Source: Hemiscyllium ocellatum
Taxonomy: Eukaryota
DNA length: 64,000 nt
Direction of reading: 5' to 3'
NCBI RefSeq assembly: GCF_020745735.1
Contig: NC_083409.1
Span: 22,712,048-22,776,047, forward strand
The translations under genes were made by a program, and so were the position numbers. The notes below the pieces were generated by a model that worked only from the letters and a program-made list of their open reading frames with translations, had not been told where the DNA came from and made no database searches. How positions within the stretch are numbered: position 1 is the stretch's first letter; each line of letters starts with the position of its first letter. Shown in pieces: positions 39,952 to 52,974 of the stretch.

Positions 39952-40326
39952 AGGTGGCATGGTGGCTCAGTGGTTAGCATTGCTGTCTCACAGCACCAGG
40001 GACCCAGGTTCGATTCCAGCTTCGGGCAACAGTGTGTGTGGAGTTTGCACATTCTCCCCGTGTCTGCGTGGGTTTCCTCCGGGTGCTCCGGTTTCCTCCC
40101 ACAGTCCAAAGATGTGCAGGGCAGGTGAATCGGCCATTTTAAATTGCCCATAGTTTTCGGTACATTAGTCAGATGGAAACAAGTTCACACTGACCCTCTG
40201 CAGAGTAACCCACACAGACCTATTTCCCTCTGACTAATGCACCTGACACTATGGGCAATTTAAAATGGCTGATTCACCTGACCTTGACAGATGGACTTGT
40301 TTCCACACTGTACGGAATCTAATCTA
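39952..40326 (+). mobile_element. HE1-type SINE plus an inverted SINE fragment (RABGAP1L intron)
   Basis: A/B boxes; internal reverse-oriented piece at ~40175-40285. Confidence 0.75.
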
Positions 40327-41822
40327 AGTAGTAAATCAAAAACACACACACACTAGGTATCCCAGTGCCAAGGATCCAGGTTCAATTCCATTTTTGGGCA
40401 ACTGCTCGTGTGAAGTTTGTACATTCTCCCAGCATCTGGGTGAGTTTCTTCTGGGTGCTCCGGTTTCCTCCCATAGTCCAAAAGCTTGCAGGCTGGCTGG
40501 ACTGATTGGACTTGTTAAATTGCCCGTAATGTCCAGGGATGTGCAGGCTCAGTGGATTAGCTGTAGAAGATGCAGTGGCGGGTGGGGTGTGGGGCACGAG
40601 GGGACAGGGATGTGTGGGGGGTGGGGGTGGGGCAACAGGGATGTATGTGTGTGGGGGGGGAGACGGTCTGGGTAGGATCCGCTTCAGAGGGTCAGTGTGG
40701 ACTCTATTGCCAAACGGCCAGCTCACACTTTTCGGATGCTATGACCTTCCTATTAATTTGCATGCTAACTTTGTGGTTCATGTACCAGGATACCCAGATC
40801 CGTCCGTGCCTTCCCGCACAATGGGGATAAGATTTGAATGCTTGCTTAGAATCGTTGTGCTAGTCATGGGGTAATACTTGCTAAAGGGAGCTCTTGCTGG
40901 GACAGAAGGTTAGGAGAAAGCAGTCGGGACTTTCCAGTGCATTACTAGTCAACAAGTGGTTGTGGTAATTTCAGGATTCGTGCTATGAAAATGCAGGAAC
41001 AGGTACAGGCCTCAAGGGGACGTGACAGTGGAGTGCTGCTTGCACAGAGCATTCAGCAGGCACTGTGGTCACATCAGCAAAGGAAGACTGGGAATTTTCA
41101 ACTCGAATGTCTCAAAACTACAACAGAGGTCCACTCAAATATTAGACTGAAGGTGAAACCTTGGTGTGTGCCATCAGTCAAAGGACTGAGAACACAAAGC
41201 CCAGGATCCACAGTGAGACAAACTGACCTACAGTGACCTAGTTTAGCAAATTCCCATCTCCTGAATTGGAAGTACCAATCTTTTCTGCCCAATAAATCCT
41301 GTTCATTTACTTTCCAAATTGCTGCTTACCATCGCTGCAAGGAAGGAAGGTTATTCCCCAACAAGAAATTTCTTCCTCTTGGCTTCAGTCTAGCATTTAA
41401 ATCCCAACATATCCAGCATGGTGAGGGAATAATCCATAGGGAAGAGGAGGAGTGGGTGAGAGACAGGGAGGAGTTCTCAGGTCTACCCAGAGAGTAAACT
41501 GTATTATTTTTTCTCCCATACCGTCCACTGAGGGCTTATCTCTGACAAACTGGTCCCATTGTCTGGGCCAGTGAAGGAGGGGCTGGCAGATGGACTGCAG
41601 TATACCCATCCACTGCACGGGTTCTCCACCGTTCCTTGTCAGCATCAGCCGGGAAGCTGGGCCCCAGCAGGGTGCAGCTGCTTTAGGATGGTCACCCACT
41701 GACATTAAGAAAGGAATGAGAGACAAACCCCACACTCAGACCCTGAAACACCAGCCACCCGATGCACCATTTGGTTCAACCCAATCTGCTCAGTGCCCAT
41801 CTCCCAGGAAATAGGCAGGTCA

Positions 41823-42274
<452 letters not shown>

Positions 42275-42819
42275 TCAGGGGGCTGGGGGAGAGCATACCT
42301 TGCTCTGGAGATGGAGCTGCATTCAATTGCCCAGCTCCAAGCCACCCAGTCAGTGAGCACACCATGCAGTATAACTGATCACATACAGGCCTTTCTGTTG
42401 GGGTATACAGCACAACCAGCCTGAGCTCTCTGCTTCCAACAAGAATGGTGTAGGTTCAAGTCCCATGTCCGAGATTTAAGAGATGGCGTTGAACTCTGAC
42501 AATGCAGTGCACACAGTGGGGAATGCTGCACTGTCACACCGACTGTCTTTTGGATGAGCCCTTGCCCTCTCAGGCGAGTGGAAATCCTGTCCTGGGTCGA
42601 ATTCCGAACAGCAGAGAAAGTCTCCACTTGCTGAGTGTCACTTGCTTCCCACTCCCCACACCCCAGCTCCCGGACCCTTCCCATATTACAGTCATGGCGA
42701 GATTTCCAAAATAATGAATCTGCTGAAAACCAGGTTGAAACACCTGGAGGTTGAGAGAGACGGTTCCCTTTCGATTTGGGATCTTGGATTAGAGAGTGAG
42801 GAGAAGTCATGTCCCTTAC

Positions 42820-42930
42820 CTGATCCAGGTCACTCCTCAGGGCGATCTTGCTGGTCACAAGCTCATGAGCCAAGTCATCGTTCTCCTGCTCCAGGCGCAA
42901 GCTGGCCTCCTGCAACCTCCGATTCTCCCG
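42820..42930 (-). CDS. RABGAP1L: RABGAP1L exon: RENRRLQEASLRLEQENDDLAHELVTSKIALRSDLDQ
   Basis: 111 nt, tgcAG acceptor and GTAAGG donor, phase 0, coiled coil. Confidence 0.93.
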
Positions 42931-43060
42931 CTGCACAAATCAAACCCACACAGATTCGCTCACTCAACCAGTGGCAATAACTTAACCTGCTGAGTGCTGC
43001 AAAGTCTCCAGTCACATGCTCAGAGCCTGACTCTCCCCACTCATCAGAGTCACCATCATC

Positions 43061-43336
43061 CTGGGTCTCCACCTCATTCCCCAGTCATGGAGTCTGGACC
43101 CTGAGCCTCCCCCTCACTCCCCAGTCACGAAGCCTGGGTCTGGGCCTCCCCCTCATTCCCCAGTCATGGAGTCTGGACCCTGGGTCTTTCCCTCACTCCC
43201 CAGTCACGGAGCCTGGGTCTGCATCTCCCCCTCACTCCCCAACCACGGAGCCTGGGCCCTGGGTCTCCCCCTCACTCCCCAGTCATGGAGCCTGGATCTG
43301 GGTCTCACCCTCACTCCCCAGTCACTGAGCCTGGAT
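43061..43336. repeat. Minisatellite, 7 units of 39-40 bp
   Basis: Consensus ctgggtctccccctcactccccagtcayggagcctggrcc; unit lengths 40, 39, 40, 39, 40, 39, 39. Confidence 0.9.
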
Positions 43337-45179
43337 CTCCCTCTGTTCCCACCCCCTCCCCCTGTCACAGAGTCTGGGAGCGAGTCATGAAGTAGCTCTG
43401 AGCCTCGAATGTCCCATCACAGGATAGCAAGGAAAATCCCTATTGAAGGAGGGGATGACATGCTGGGCTACGTTGTCTCGAGGAAGCTGTTCAATATTGA
43501 ATGGAACCAGCAGGAAAGGGCTGAACAACCAAGTCTCTGGGCCATAAGCAAATGGGAATGGGATATGGAACAGGCAGATACAGAGACGAACACTCACAAA
43601 GAGGAGACCAAACTTGAAATGAGATACTAATACACAGTAGATGGAGTTTAATGTTGGATAGTGTAAGATCATGTACCTTAGTCAGAATGATCAAAAGGCA
43701 GTCTATTATGTAAATAGAGAGAGATTCCAAAACAGTGCAGTGCAGAGGGATTGGTGTGTTCTTGTGCATCAAACACAGTTAGTGCAGGTGCAGCAAGCAG
43801 CAATTGAGAAGGCAAATGGAATTTTATCCTTTATTGCCAAGAATGGAAATTGAAAAATAGAGGAATCTTGTTATAACTGTGCAGTTGCACTTGGAGAGCG
43901 GTGTGTAATTTTGGTTCCTGGAAAGGATGGACTGTCTTTGGAGGCCTCCTCCTATTTCTGATGTCCTTGTGCACTCCAGTGTGGTTCCCTCACTTCAGTA
44001 GCAGCCTCCAGTCTTTGGGTGGTGCGGCCAAATGACCTGCCTTGCCCAGGCAGTTCCAGTTCCCACATTACAACAACGTCTGAACGTTGGAAGTACCGTT
44101 TTACAGTCAATGGAATACTGAATCATAGAGACGTACAGCACAGAAACAGACCCTACGATCCAACTTGCCCATGCCAACCAGATATCCTAATCTAATCTAG
44201 TCCCATTTGCAAGCACATGGCCCATTTCCGGGTGCCTTTTAAATGGTGCAATTGTACCAGCCTCCACCACTTCCTCTGGCAGTTCATTCCATACATGTAC
44301 CATGCTGTGTGAAAAAGTTGCCCCTTAGATCTCTTTTATATCTTTCCCCTCTCACCCTAAACCTATGCCCTCCCCCACCCCAGGGAAAAGACTCTGTTTA
44401 TTTACCCTATCCATGCCCCTCATAATTTTATAAATGTCTATAAGGTCACCCCTCAGCCTCCAGAGCTTCAGGGAAAACAGACCCAGCCTATTCAGCCTCT
44501 CCCTCAAATCCTCCAACCCTGACAACACCCTTGTAAATCTTTTCTGAACCCGTTTAAGTTTCACATCTTTGAACATTCTGAGCTCATGAACTATGCAACA
44601 TAAAACAATTCTCTCTCCTTTTTGGTTCCTCTCCATGCCTCCCTACCTGTTCCCTCATAACATCCCTTCCTTGTTTAAAAGTTGGAATGAGTCATTAATC
44701 TCTGGGAGAACTTTGTGGCAACATTTGAGACTAATTACCACCTCCTCAGTGGGCTGTATGTATAAAGGTGTGTCTTGATCTGGATTGTCTCCAGTCAGTC
44801 TGTGTTATCGTCCTGGGATCAGACAGTGCTTACCAACCTTAGACCCTATGATCTGATTGAGATGAAGGGTGAGCTGTGCCGGGTATTAACACAGGGGTCA
44901 GTGCAGTGACGCAGGGATTACCCATTTCACAAGAGAGTAAATGGAAGTAACAAACAGTGTGAATGGTGACACCCTCACCAAGTCCCGGGGTGGGAGGGTA
45001 CAAGAACAGTAACATCCTCAGATAGGATGCTAAAATTGGTTATCCCCAGTAACAACAACACTCCGCAGAGACTGTCTGTTCCTATTCCTTGCTGTCCTGT
45101 AATGCATGTCCTTGGTTTGGTTTATATTTTCTCAGTTGTATTTCAGTTTGACGAGGTGATTCAGTAACAAGTAATCCAA

Positions 45180-45630
45180 TTTCATATTTCGTGTAGCAGC
45201 AGATCTACTGAAGGTCATCCTTTCATTTGGAGCTTGCCCAGGTTTCTGTCCAGGCTGATACAGCATGGTCTACCAGTGCTGCTCCTATTGGGCTAAACCA
45301 TCACACACGAGGGAATCTGACGGGCACTTTCTCTTTGTGCTGACAAAGGGAGAGATTTGCTTTTACTGCGATGGTGGCCAAAGAAACAAGTCAGTGAATG
45401 TGTTTCTAGCTGAGCAGAATGTCCTGATGTTCATGATGGGATTAACCTCAACAGTTCCCACTTGTCTTTACACTGACAGTGGGGCAGGAAGTCACCATGC
45501 AGTGGTCTCCTGGCTCACACTGTGAAACCAAGTTGATGGTATAACTGCCGAGAGCAAGACAATGCCTTGGACTCACTGAACAACCAGAGGCTTCAGCCAA
45601 CAACTGGGTCACAGGCAAATGGCGTGTTGT
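45180..45630 (-). pseudogene. Possible heavily decayed Ig/TCR V-like relic (paralog ~7680-8125)
   Basis: Leader-like LPVTQLL ending in GTGAGT, 57-nt intron, FR1-like LPAPLSV, then LVC...HW*...QKPGQAP. Many stops, extra spacing, no clear YYC or RSS. Confidence 0.3.
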
Positions 45631-48600
45631 ATAAACTCTCAGTATCTCAGGGAACAAACACAACTACTGAGCTACAAAACCGAACAGGATATTTTTTATT
45701 ACAAATTAGCACTCCAAATTCCAAACGCAATATTTACAAAACCTGGATGCAATCTAATTTCAAATGTAGCTACAAAGACGACAGCATTTTCTCTGAAAAC
45801 TCGACGATAATGGGATGAGAATTCAAACACCCACCCACACTTCATCACACTGTGTTGAAGACGCACTATCCTCATCACAACACGTTTATAAAGCTCTTCA
45901 TAACACATAAGGGGAGAGAAACATTGAAAAATGTGTTACCATGAGTGAGGGTCCATTAAAAACTCAGATCATGATACTAAATGATTCCAGTCATAAACAA
46001 ACAATGATGCATTTACACCATTAGGTTGTTTAACAATTTTTAAAAAAATTTGATCAGAAAGAAAATAAGGACAATGTGCAGATTGTTGAACAGGCCCCTA
46101 CACCTGGTCCTGAGGCAGGAGCCCAAGCTCCAACACACTGGCCTCACCTCACACCAACCTTCACAGTGCGGGGTCATGAACTCCGGCAATCAACCCCTCT
46201 GGGACAGGGATGGAGTGAGGGAACAGGGACAATAGTAGAAGAGGCAATAAGGAGTAAAGCAAGATGGAGAGTGTGTTTTGGAAAGGGGTTAGAGGAGGAA
46301 ATATACTTTGTGCCACTCAGTACTGACATCGTCTACGTGTATCACAGAATGAACATAACAGCACACTGTGAAGACAAACAATAGTCACAACAAAGTACTT
46401 TTTCTCAGGAATATTGATGTATCATATCGCAGGGGACATTTCCATTGTGGTGCAATAACTATTGTGGTTTTAAAGCTGTAATCGCTCTCGCGACTGAGCT
46501 GGTTAGATCCTAGCAAAGCCCAAGTTTATTTGTACTGTTCATGGACAGAGAAACAGTTGTCCTCTCGTGACTTTCCAGAGCTTGTACTGCTCCCCCTACC
46601 ACTGGCATCCAAAAGACCAACAGACAATTCAATGGATTCCAACTTTGACCTGGGTACCCATTTCCACTACCCTTTGTCAGAAAGAGTTCTTCCTGAAATC
46701 ATCCCAATTCTAATTTTATCAATTTTTTTCCTGTTCTGGACTCTGGCACTGAAGAAAACAGTTTACATGAACACTTAAATCATCTCCAGGGGAAAAGCAT
46801 CACTTACACAACCTGTTCTTTCTCATTAACAATTGGGGGCAGGGCAGCTTAACAGGGAACAGTCTCCCTTTTAAAACGAGGTGGTGCTTTCTTGCTGAGG
46901 GTCAACAATCTGTGGAATTCTCATTTCTACATCAGAATGGAGATTGGATCATTGAGTTTCCTCAAGGCTGAGTGAGACAGATTTTTCATGAACATAACAG
47001 TTAAGGACAATGGGGGAGACAGTAAAGCAGAAAGTGCAGCTGAGATCACACCCAGATGAGCAGTGTGATCTTCTTCATTAGCACAGCAGCTCCCAAAAGG
47101 CCTGCTCCTGCTCCTGGGTCCTATGGTTCTGGCAGATGGCGGAAGCAATCCTGGACCCCCATCTTTCCTTTGTCATTCACTGACAGAAATATAATTTCAA
47201 AACAAACATTATTTTCTTTAACAAGACCAATTCAACTCATTGCAGCATTTTTATCAGCTCTCTTTTCATCTCAACAGGGTTTTAGAAACATGTGTTTTGC
47301 ATTACGTTGGAGAGGAGACAGACACAAGACAGAGCGAAGCCTGAGAGAACAGAGACAGCTTTCACTCTGCACAGCAAGGCTGTCACGGGAAACATCTGAT
47401 GAAAGGCATGGAGGGGGCTGAAGAGGTGAGAGGCATGGGAAAAGAGGACTTCCAGTTCAAAATAAAAGCTCAACACAGATCGCCACCATCTAATTAATAA
47501 ATGTGAGACAATCACAAACCCATAACAGTACCAGTGTGGTGGCTCAGAAGCTAAAAGGCAGACAGCATAGAGTTACGATATTCCTTCTCAGGACGTTAAT
47601 GTCATTGACAAGCCTCATATATATTGCCCATCTCCAGCCGCTCGGACTGAGTTCTTTGCTGAGGGAGGTCATGGGGCCGTTGAGAATGAATCGCGTCACT
47701 GTGGGACTGGAGTCACAGACCGGGTGATGGCTGGGATCCCTTGCCCAAAGAACATTCTTGAAGATGACATTGAGTTTCATGGTTTTTTTGGACAGATCCC
47801 AACGCCTTCCTTCTCAGATATTACATGGCTCACCACCGCCCTCTCCAGGATAATTAGGGAAGGGCAACAAACAGTAGCCACTTTTGTACCCGCCCCATCC
47901 CAGGAGAAATCAAAATAAATGAGACAAACTTCAAATGATCAAACTGGTGAGGCTTGAATTCATCTCTTTGAAAGACTGGAACCTAGGCCAGAAACAGCCA
48001 TAACATGGGTGACCCTGGTTTGTCAGACTGAAAGGTGGAGTGTCCTTTGGATTGGCACTGGGATCAGGCACAAAATAAATTGCACTCAAAGACCAAACAC
48101 ACGGCTATCAAAGCGGGTCACCAAACTGCAAAGAGCAGCAATTGAGGCTCTGCCTCCCCATCTCCCTTCCCCCTTCTCAGGTGGATCTGCAAGATCCCAC
48201 TCAGAAGGGATTCCCTCAGGTATCCTGCTGAAAAATCAACTGGTGCCAAAATAGATTTGTCTAGTCATTCATTTGCTGGTCGTGGGATCTCACCATCTTG
48301 CCCACGTGAACGTGACTGCACTGTGCACACCGCTTTAAATATCCTGAGACATCGTTAAAGGCTGTTACAAACAAGAGTTCTTTCTTCTTCACCATGTAAA
48401 GAGGGAGCAACAAGCAAGTGATAATACACACTGAGCGTAAACACTGAAGCTTCAGCTGAAAGGCTTTTTACACTATGTTAACCTGCTCCCTGGGCATTTC
48501 CTTCCAATGTCCGAGATGGTTATCAGGCTGGGATGGAGGCTGACAGATCACATGGAATCCTTCAGGCAAGGTACACAAGGGCACAGTCCAGGCTTGCTGC

Positions 48601-50050
48601 AAACATTGGCCTTCTCCTATTGAAGGGCTGGGAGATTCTCTATGGCGGTTTCTAGTGCACGTCCTCCGTGGAAATATCACAGACTTTACTGAAATGAAAT
48701 GAACTGAAAGAAGAGAAGGAAATGGCAAGAATTAACCAGACAAGGATGAGCATCAAGAGAGATGGGAGTGTGTGGAAGGTTCAGTGCCAGTTAAAAATTC
48801 CAATTGGATTTCACAAGAGAAGCTCAAATATTTACAAAATATATAACCAAGTACTGTGCGCATTGCTCCCACAATACATTTGGAAACTGCAAATGGAATC
48901 ACACGGAATATCATTGGGACTAGGAATGCAATGTCACCTTCTCAAAGTTAAATGAAGGATGGGCAATGAAAGCTGATCTTGCCAGTAACACTCATTCCAA
49001 AAACTAATGAAAACATATCCATTCCCCCTTATTCCTAACCATGAAGGGAGATGCAGTACTGTCAACCTTGGTTTTGGGGAGATGGCGGCTCAGTAGTAAT
49101 GTCATTAGTCTATTAATCCAGAGGGCCAGGCAAATTCCCTGGGACACAAATTCAAATCCTACTATGGCAGGTGGGGAATGTGCAGTCCATGAATACATCT
49201 GGAATTGAGCGCCACCCCACAGTATTGGTGATCATGGTGGTAATATCATCACTTGGTATAAAAACACATCTGGTTTACTGATGTCCTTTATGGAAGGATT
49301 TCAAGACAAGATTTATTAGGATGTTGCCAGGGGTGGAGAGAGATTGGAGAAACTGGGCTTTTCTCTTCTTAGAGCAGAGGAGATTAAGACAGGACATGAT
49401 TGAGATGCATAAAATTATGAAGGGTCTGGATCAGAGGGATAGGAAGGAACTTTCCCTCGGAGTGAAAATCTTTTCAGAGGGTAGTGGGAATCTGGACCTC
49501 ATCGCCTGCAAGTGTTTTGGAGGCAAAAACCCTCACCACATTGAAGTATTATTTAGATGTACACTCGTGGTGACAAGGCATACAAGACTATGGGCCAAGT
49601 GCTGGGAAGTAGGATTAGAAGGTAGGTGGGTGTTTTTGACTGGTTCAGGCCCATTGGGTCGAAGGGTCTTGTTCTTGTAGACCCGTTGTCGATGTCTGAG
49701 TCTGCAAGGACTCCAGACCTACCCTTGTCTGTCATTTGCAAAGGCCATACAATCCACTCAGTTCTAGGGCAGTTAGGGATGAAGAACAAATACTGTACTG
49801 GTCATGCCAGTAATACCTGCATCCCAGGAAAGAATAGAGAGACTCAGTGGTAGCACCTTCAAGCTCCACTCCATACACTGGAGCACTATCCTGAGGCTGG
49901 AATGCCATCTGCTGGATGATCGGTTGAACTACTGTCCTCTCAAGGCTTTGTCATTGTCTAAGGGCCAATCTGTCCAGGGTACTAGTCAATATTTCTCTTA
50001 TAACCAATGGCATTAAAACAGATACAAAAGCAAATACTGCAGATCTTATA

Positions 50051-50332
50051 GGGCGGCACAGTGGCTCAGTGGCTCGCACAGCTGTCTCACAGCACTGGGG
50101 TCCCAGGTTCGATTCCAGCAGGCGACTGTGTGGAGTTTGCACATTCTCCCTGTGTTTGCATGGGTTTCCTCCCACAGTCCAAAGATGTGCAGGTCAGGTG
50201 AATTGGCCAGGCTAAATTGCCCATAATGTTAGGTGCATTAGTCAGAGGGAAATGAATCTGGGTGGGTTACTCTTCGGAGGATCGGTGTGGACTGGTTGGG
50301 CTGAAGGGCCTGTTTCCACACTGTAGGGAATC
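50051..50332 (+). mobile_element. HE1-type SINE
   Basis: A/B boxes and body. Confidence 0.8.
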
Positions 50333-52244
50333 TTTTTTAAGAAAAAAACAAGATGCTGGAGAAAGGTAGCCTCTGTGGGGAGAGGAGGAGTGAATGTCTT
50401 GGGTTCAATGATGTCTTATTGAAAAGGCAACACCTTGAAACCATAAATCTCTTTTCTCTCTCTCTCTCTCTCTACGTGCTGGCAAACCTGATGATTCTTA
50501 CTGCCCGAAAATAGCTCGCCTGACAAATTAGTGGCAGTTTCTCACATTCGAGCCACCACACAAAAAATATCAAATTGGTCATAACACCCTTCAGAACATT
50601 ACAAGATTGTGAAAGTTGTCACAGAAATAGGGTCCTCTTTGTTTTAGATGACAGAAAATTTGTTTTTTTTAAAAAAAAAAGAAAACAAATACAATCTGGT
50701 TTCAGGGTGGATAATTTCTTCCTAACTAGACTCAATACCTTTGGAGAAGGAGAAAGCAGCTGCTGGAGGTCAGAGTCAAAAAAAAAAGTGTGATGCTGGA
50801 AAAGCACAAGGTCAGGCAGCATCCGAGGATCAAGACAGCTGACGTTTTGAGCATCTCAGTCAGAATCATTGGCGACCTTTAAGCGGCAATTGGATAGGTA
50901 CATGGATGGGTGCTTAATCTAGGATAGATGTTCGGCACAACATCGTGGGCCAAAGGGCCTGTTCTGTGCTGTATTGTTCTATGTTCTTCCTGATCATATT
51001 CCTCATCATATTCCTGATGAAGAGTTTATGCTCGAAACGGCAACTCTCCTGCTCCTCAGATGCTACCTGACCAGCTATGCTTTTCCAGCACCACACGTTT
51101 TGACTCAGGACCATAGGAGAAATCTGAAGTAAGGTTTCAGCGAAAGTTGCAGAGGTCGGACAGGAAGTTTTTCGTACACATCTATGGCAACTAGATATCC
51201 CACTAACAGAGAGGTCTTTTCCTTGTAATTTCCCCAAGGGTGGTACCAAGATGAGTCCAATGGGCTTCGCTCAGCCATGATGCTGGTTATGTTTGACAAA
51301 ACTAAATCGCTCATTGCTTAGTCTACAACAGACCGAGACGGGAGGCGAAAACATCTGAGTGGTGGACAGCTTTGGAAACCACAGGCCCCAAGTTTACTTC
51401 CCCAGCATTTAAGGTCCCTTGTGGCAGTGTTCCTACCTCCTGGACCTGGAGATCTGGGATCAGGACCTACCTGCTTTAGAGGGTATATAACAAGAACAGA
51501 CTGATTGGAAAATGTCCCTTGCCACATCAGATCTCATGATATGGCTGAAATGTCTCTCTTCTGAATGAAATCTCAGCTGTTCTTGAATTTACAAGTTGCA
51601 ATTGCTTCACCCAGGGAGTGGGCTCCTTGCATTGACCACTCACTCAAGTCACGCTTCTGTAGATTTAATTTGAGACGCCTGGTTCTGCTGGTCTGGACCA
51701 GCATGCTCTGCTATATTCTAGTCCCTGTGACAGTGCCATGGTGCTAGGAAGAAGTGAGTAACCTAGCCTGCAAAGAACTGGCTAGTGAAAACTAATCTTG
51801 CTAACCCTCCTGGACATCAAAAGGAGATGACATGTGTGAGTTATCAGTGAAAAGTGCTTCGTGAATTACCGAGCCGTGTGATTGCTTGGATGAGGTGAAA
51901 AGCCCAGATTGAAGGGGAAAACGATTCTGGGAAAAACACCTCTGACCTGGTTGTGATAATTAAAAACTAACCCTGTGTGATGCATGGTCATGGACTAGAG
52001 GCTCCACATAGCTCAGAGTGGTCCTAAACATGGCTGCCCTGTCCGCCCCTTACTGTAGTCTGAGCAGATCCCTTCGCACAGCCTCACAGAAATCGGCTTG
52101 AATGGCTGATGCACAAGCTTTGTCATTTAGTCAGTCGCTAGTTTCAAGCAGCAAGCCACCCCCCACCATCAACGCACAACCAACACCATTCCTCGTCACA
52201 AGACAGCTTCAAGAAACCTCACTCCGACGGGACACTTCCCCTAC

Positions 52245-52337
52245 CTTATATCTGTCAATCGGGTCTTCCTGATGTGCCTGCTGCTCTCTCAGGGTTTGAT
52301 ACTCCTTTTCATATTTCTTCAGCTTTTTCGTTGGCAC
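52245..52337 (-). CDS. RABGAP1L: RABGAP1L exon: VPTKKLKKYEKEYQTLREQQAHQEDPIDRYK
   Basis: 93 nt, AG/GT flanked, phase 0. Matches the post-TBC segment of vertebrate RABGAP1L as I recall it. Confidence 0.88.
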
Positions 52338-52974
52338 CTGGAGAGATCGAGGTAGAGAAAGGTGTGTTAGTGGAAGCTACAGACAGCCCTCATCACCACC
52401 AGTTGTGGAGAATGTTAACTCTAAGCTCAGCCTGCAGGTGACAGTGTTGCTTCTGATGAGAGCCCAACTCAGTCAGCCAAATAGTCTCAGAGATACTGGG
52501 AAGTAAAGCAGTGAAGACCGGGGGTGGGGAAGCTGCTTTACTCAGTGAGCGAGGGGAAGGTGGGGTCAGGTCTGTAAATGACAGCTAAATAAATAACATT
52601 AAGCAGTGCAGGTCAGTCAGCTATGCCAGTATTCATTGAGATCATGGTTTATCCAGATCCTAATTCCATCTATCCCTGGTTCCACGCTTCCAAAATCACC
52701 CCTGAATGGCCTAACTCTCATTTCAAGGTCATGCTCCACAAGATGCAATCGATTCTCTCAATCAATCCGAGCATCTTCTTTTAGTTATCTTAAACATCAG
52801 TCAGAAACGTTGAAGAATATTAGGAGAACACAAATACAAATGATCCAAATATCAGAAATCTAGATAGAAAAGAAAAACAACAAACAAAAACACATGAAAT
52901 GGCAGAAGCAGGAAACCTAGAAGACAAACAATGTTGTGGAGAAACTTGGCATCTGGGCAAACATTGGTGGAGAT

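Noticed and set aside
46162-46168. Heptamer CACAGTG in the conserved island (also CACTGTG near 10158 and 45518)
   Set aside because: No matching nonamer at canonical spacing.
46076-46384. 102-aa plus-strand ORF shared in part with 8881-9129
   Set aside because: Frameshifted between the copies and unlike any known protein; the minus-strand splice signals explain the region better.
51105-51314. 69-aa intronic ORF as an alternative first exon
   Set aside because: No convincing in-frame donor and no recognisable homology.
52690-52770. Minus-strand MLGLIERIDCILWSMTLK resembling a RABGAP1L alternative N-terminus
   Set aside because: Ends in TGA before any donor, lies upstream of the VPTKK exon, and looks repeat-derived.
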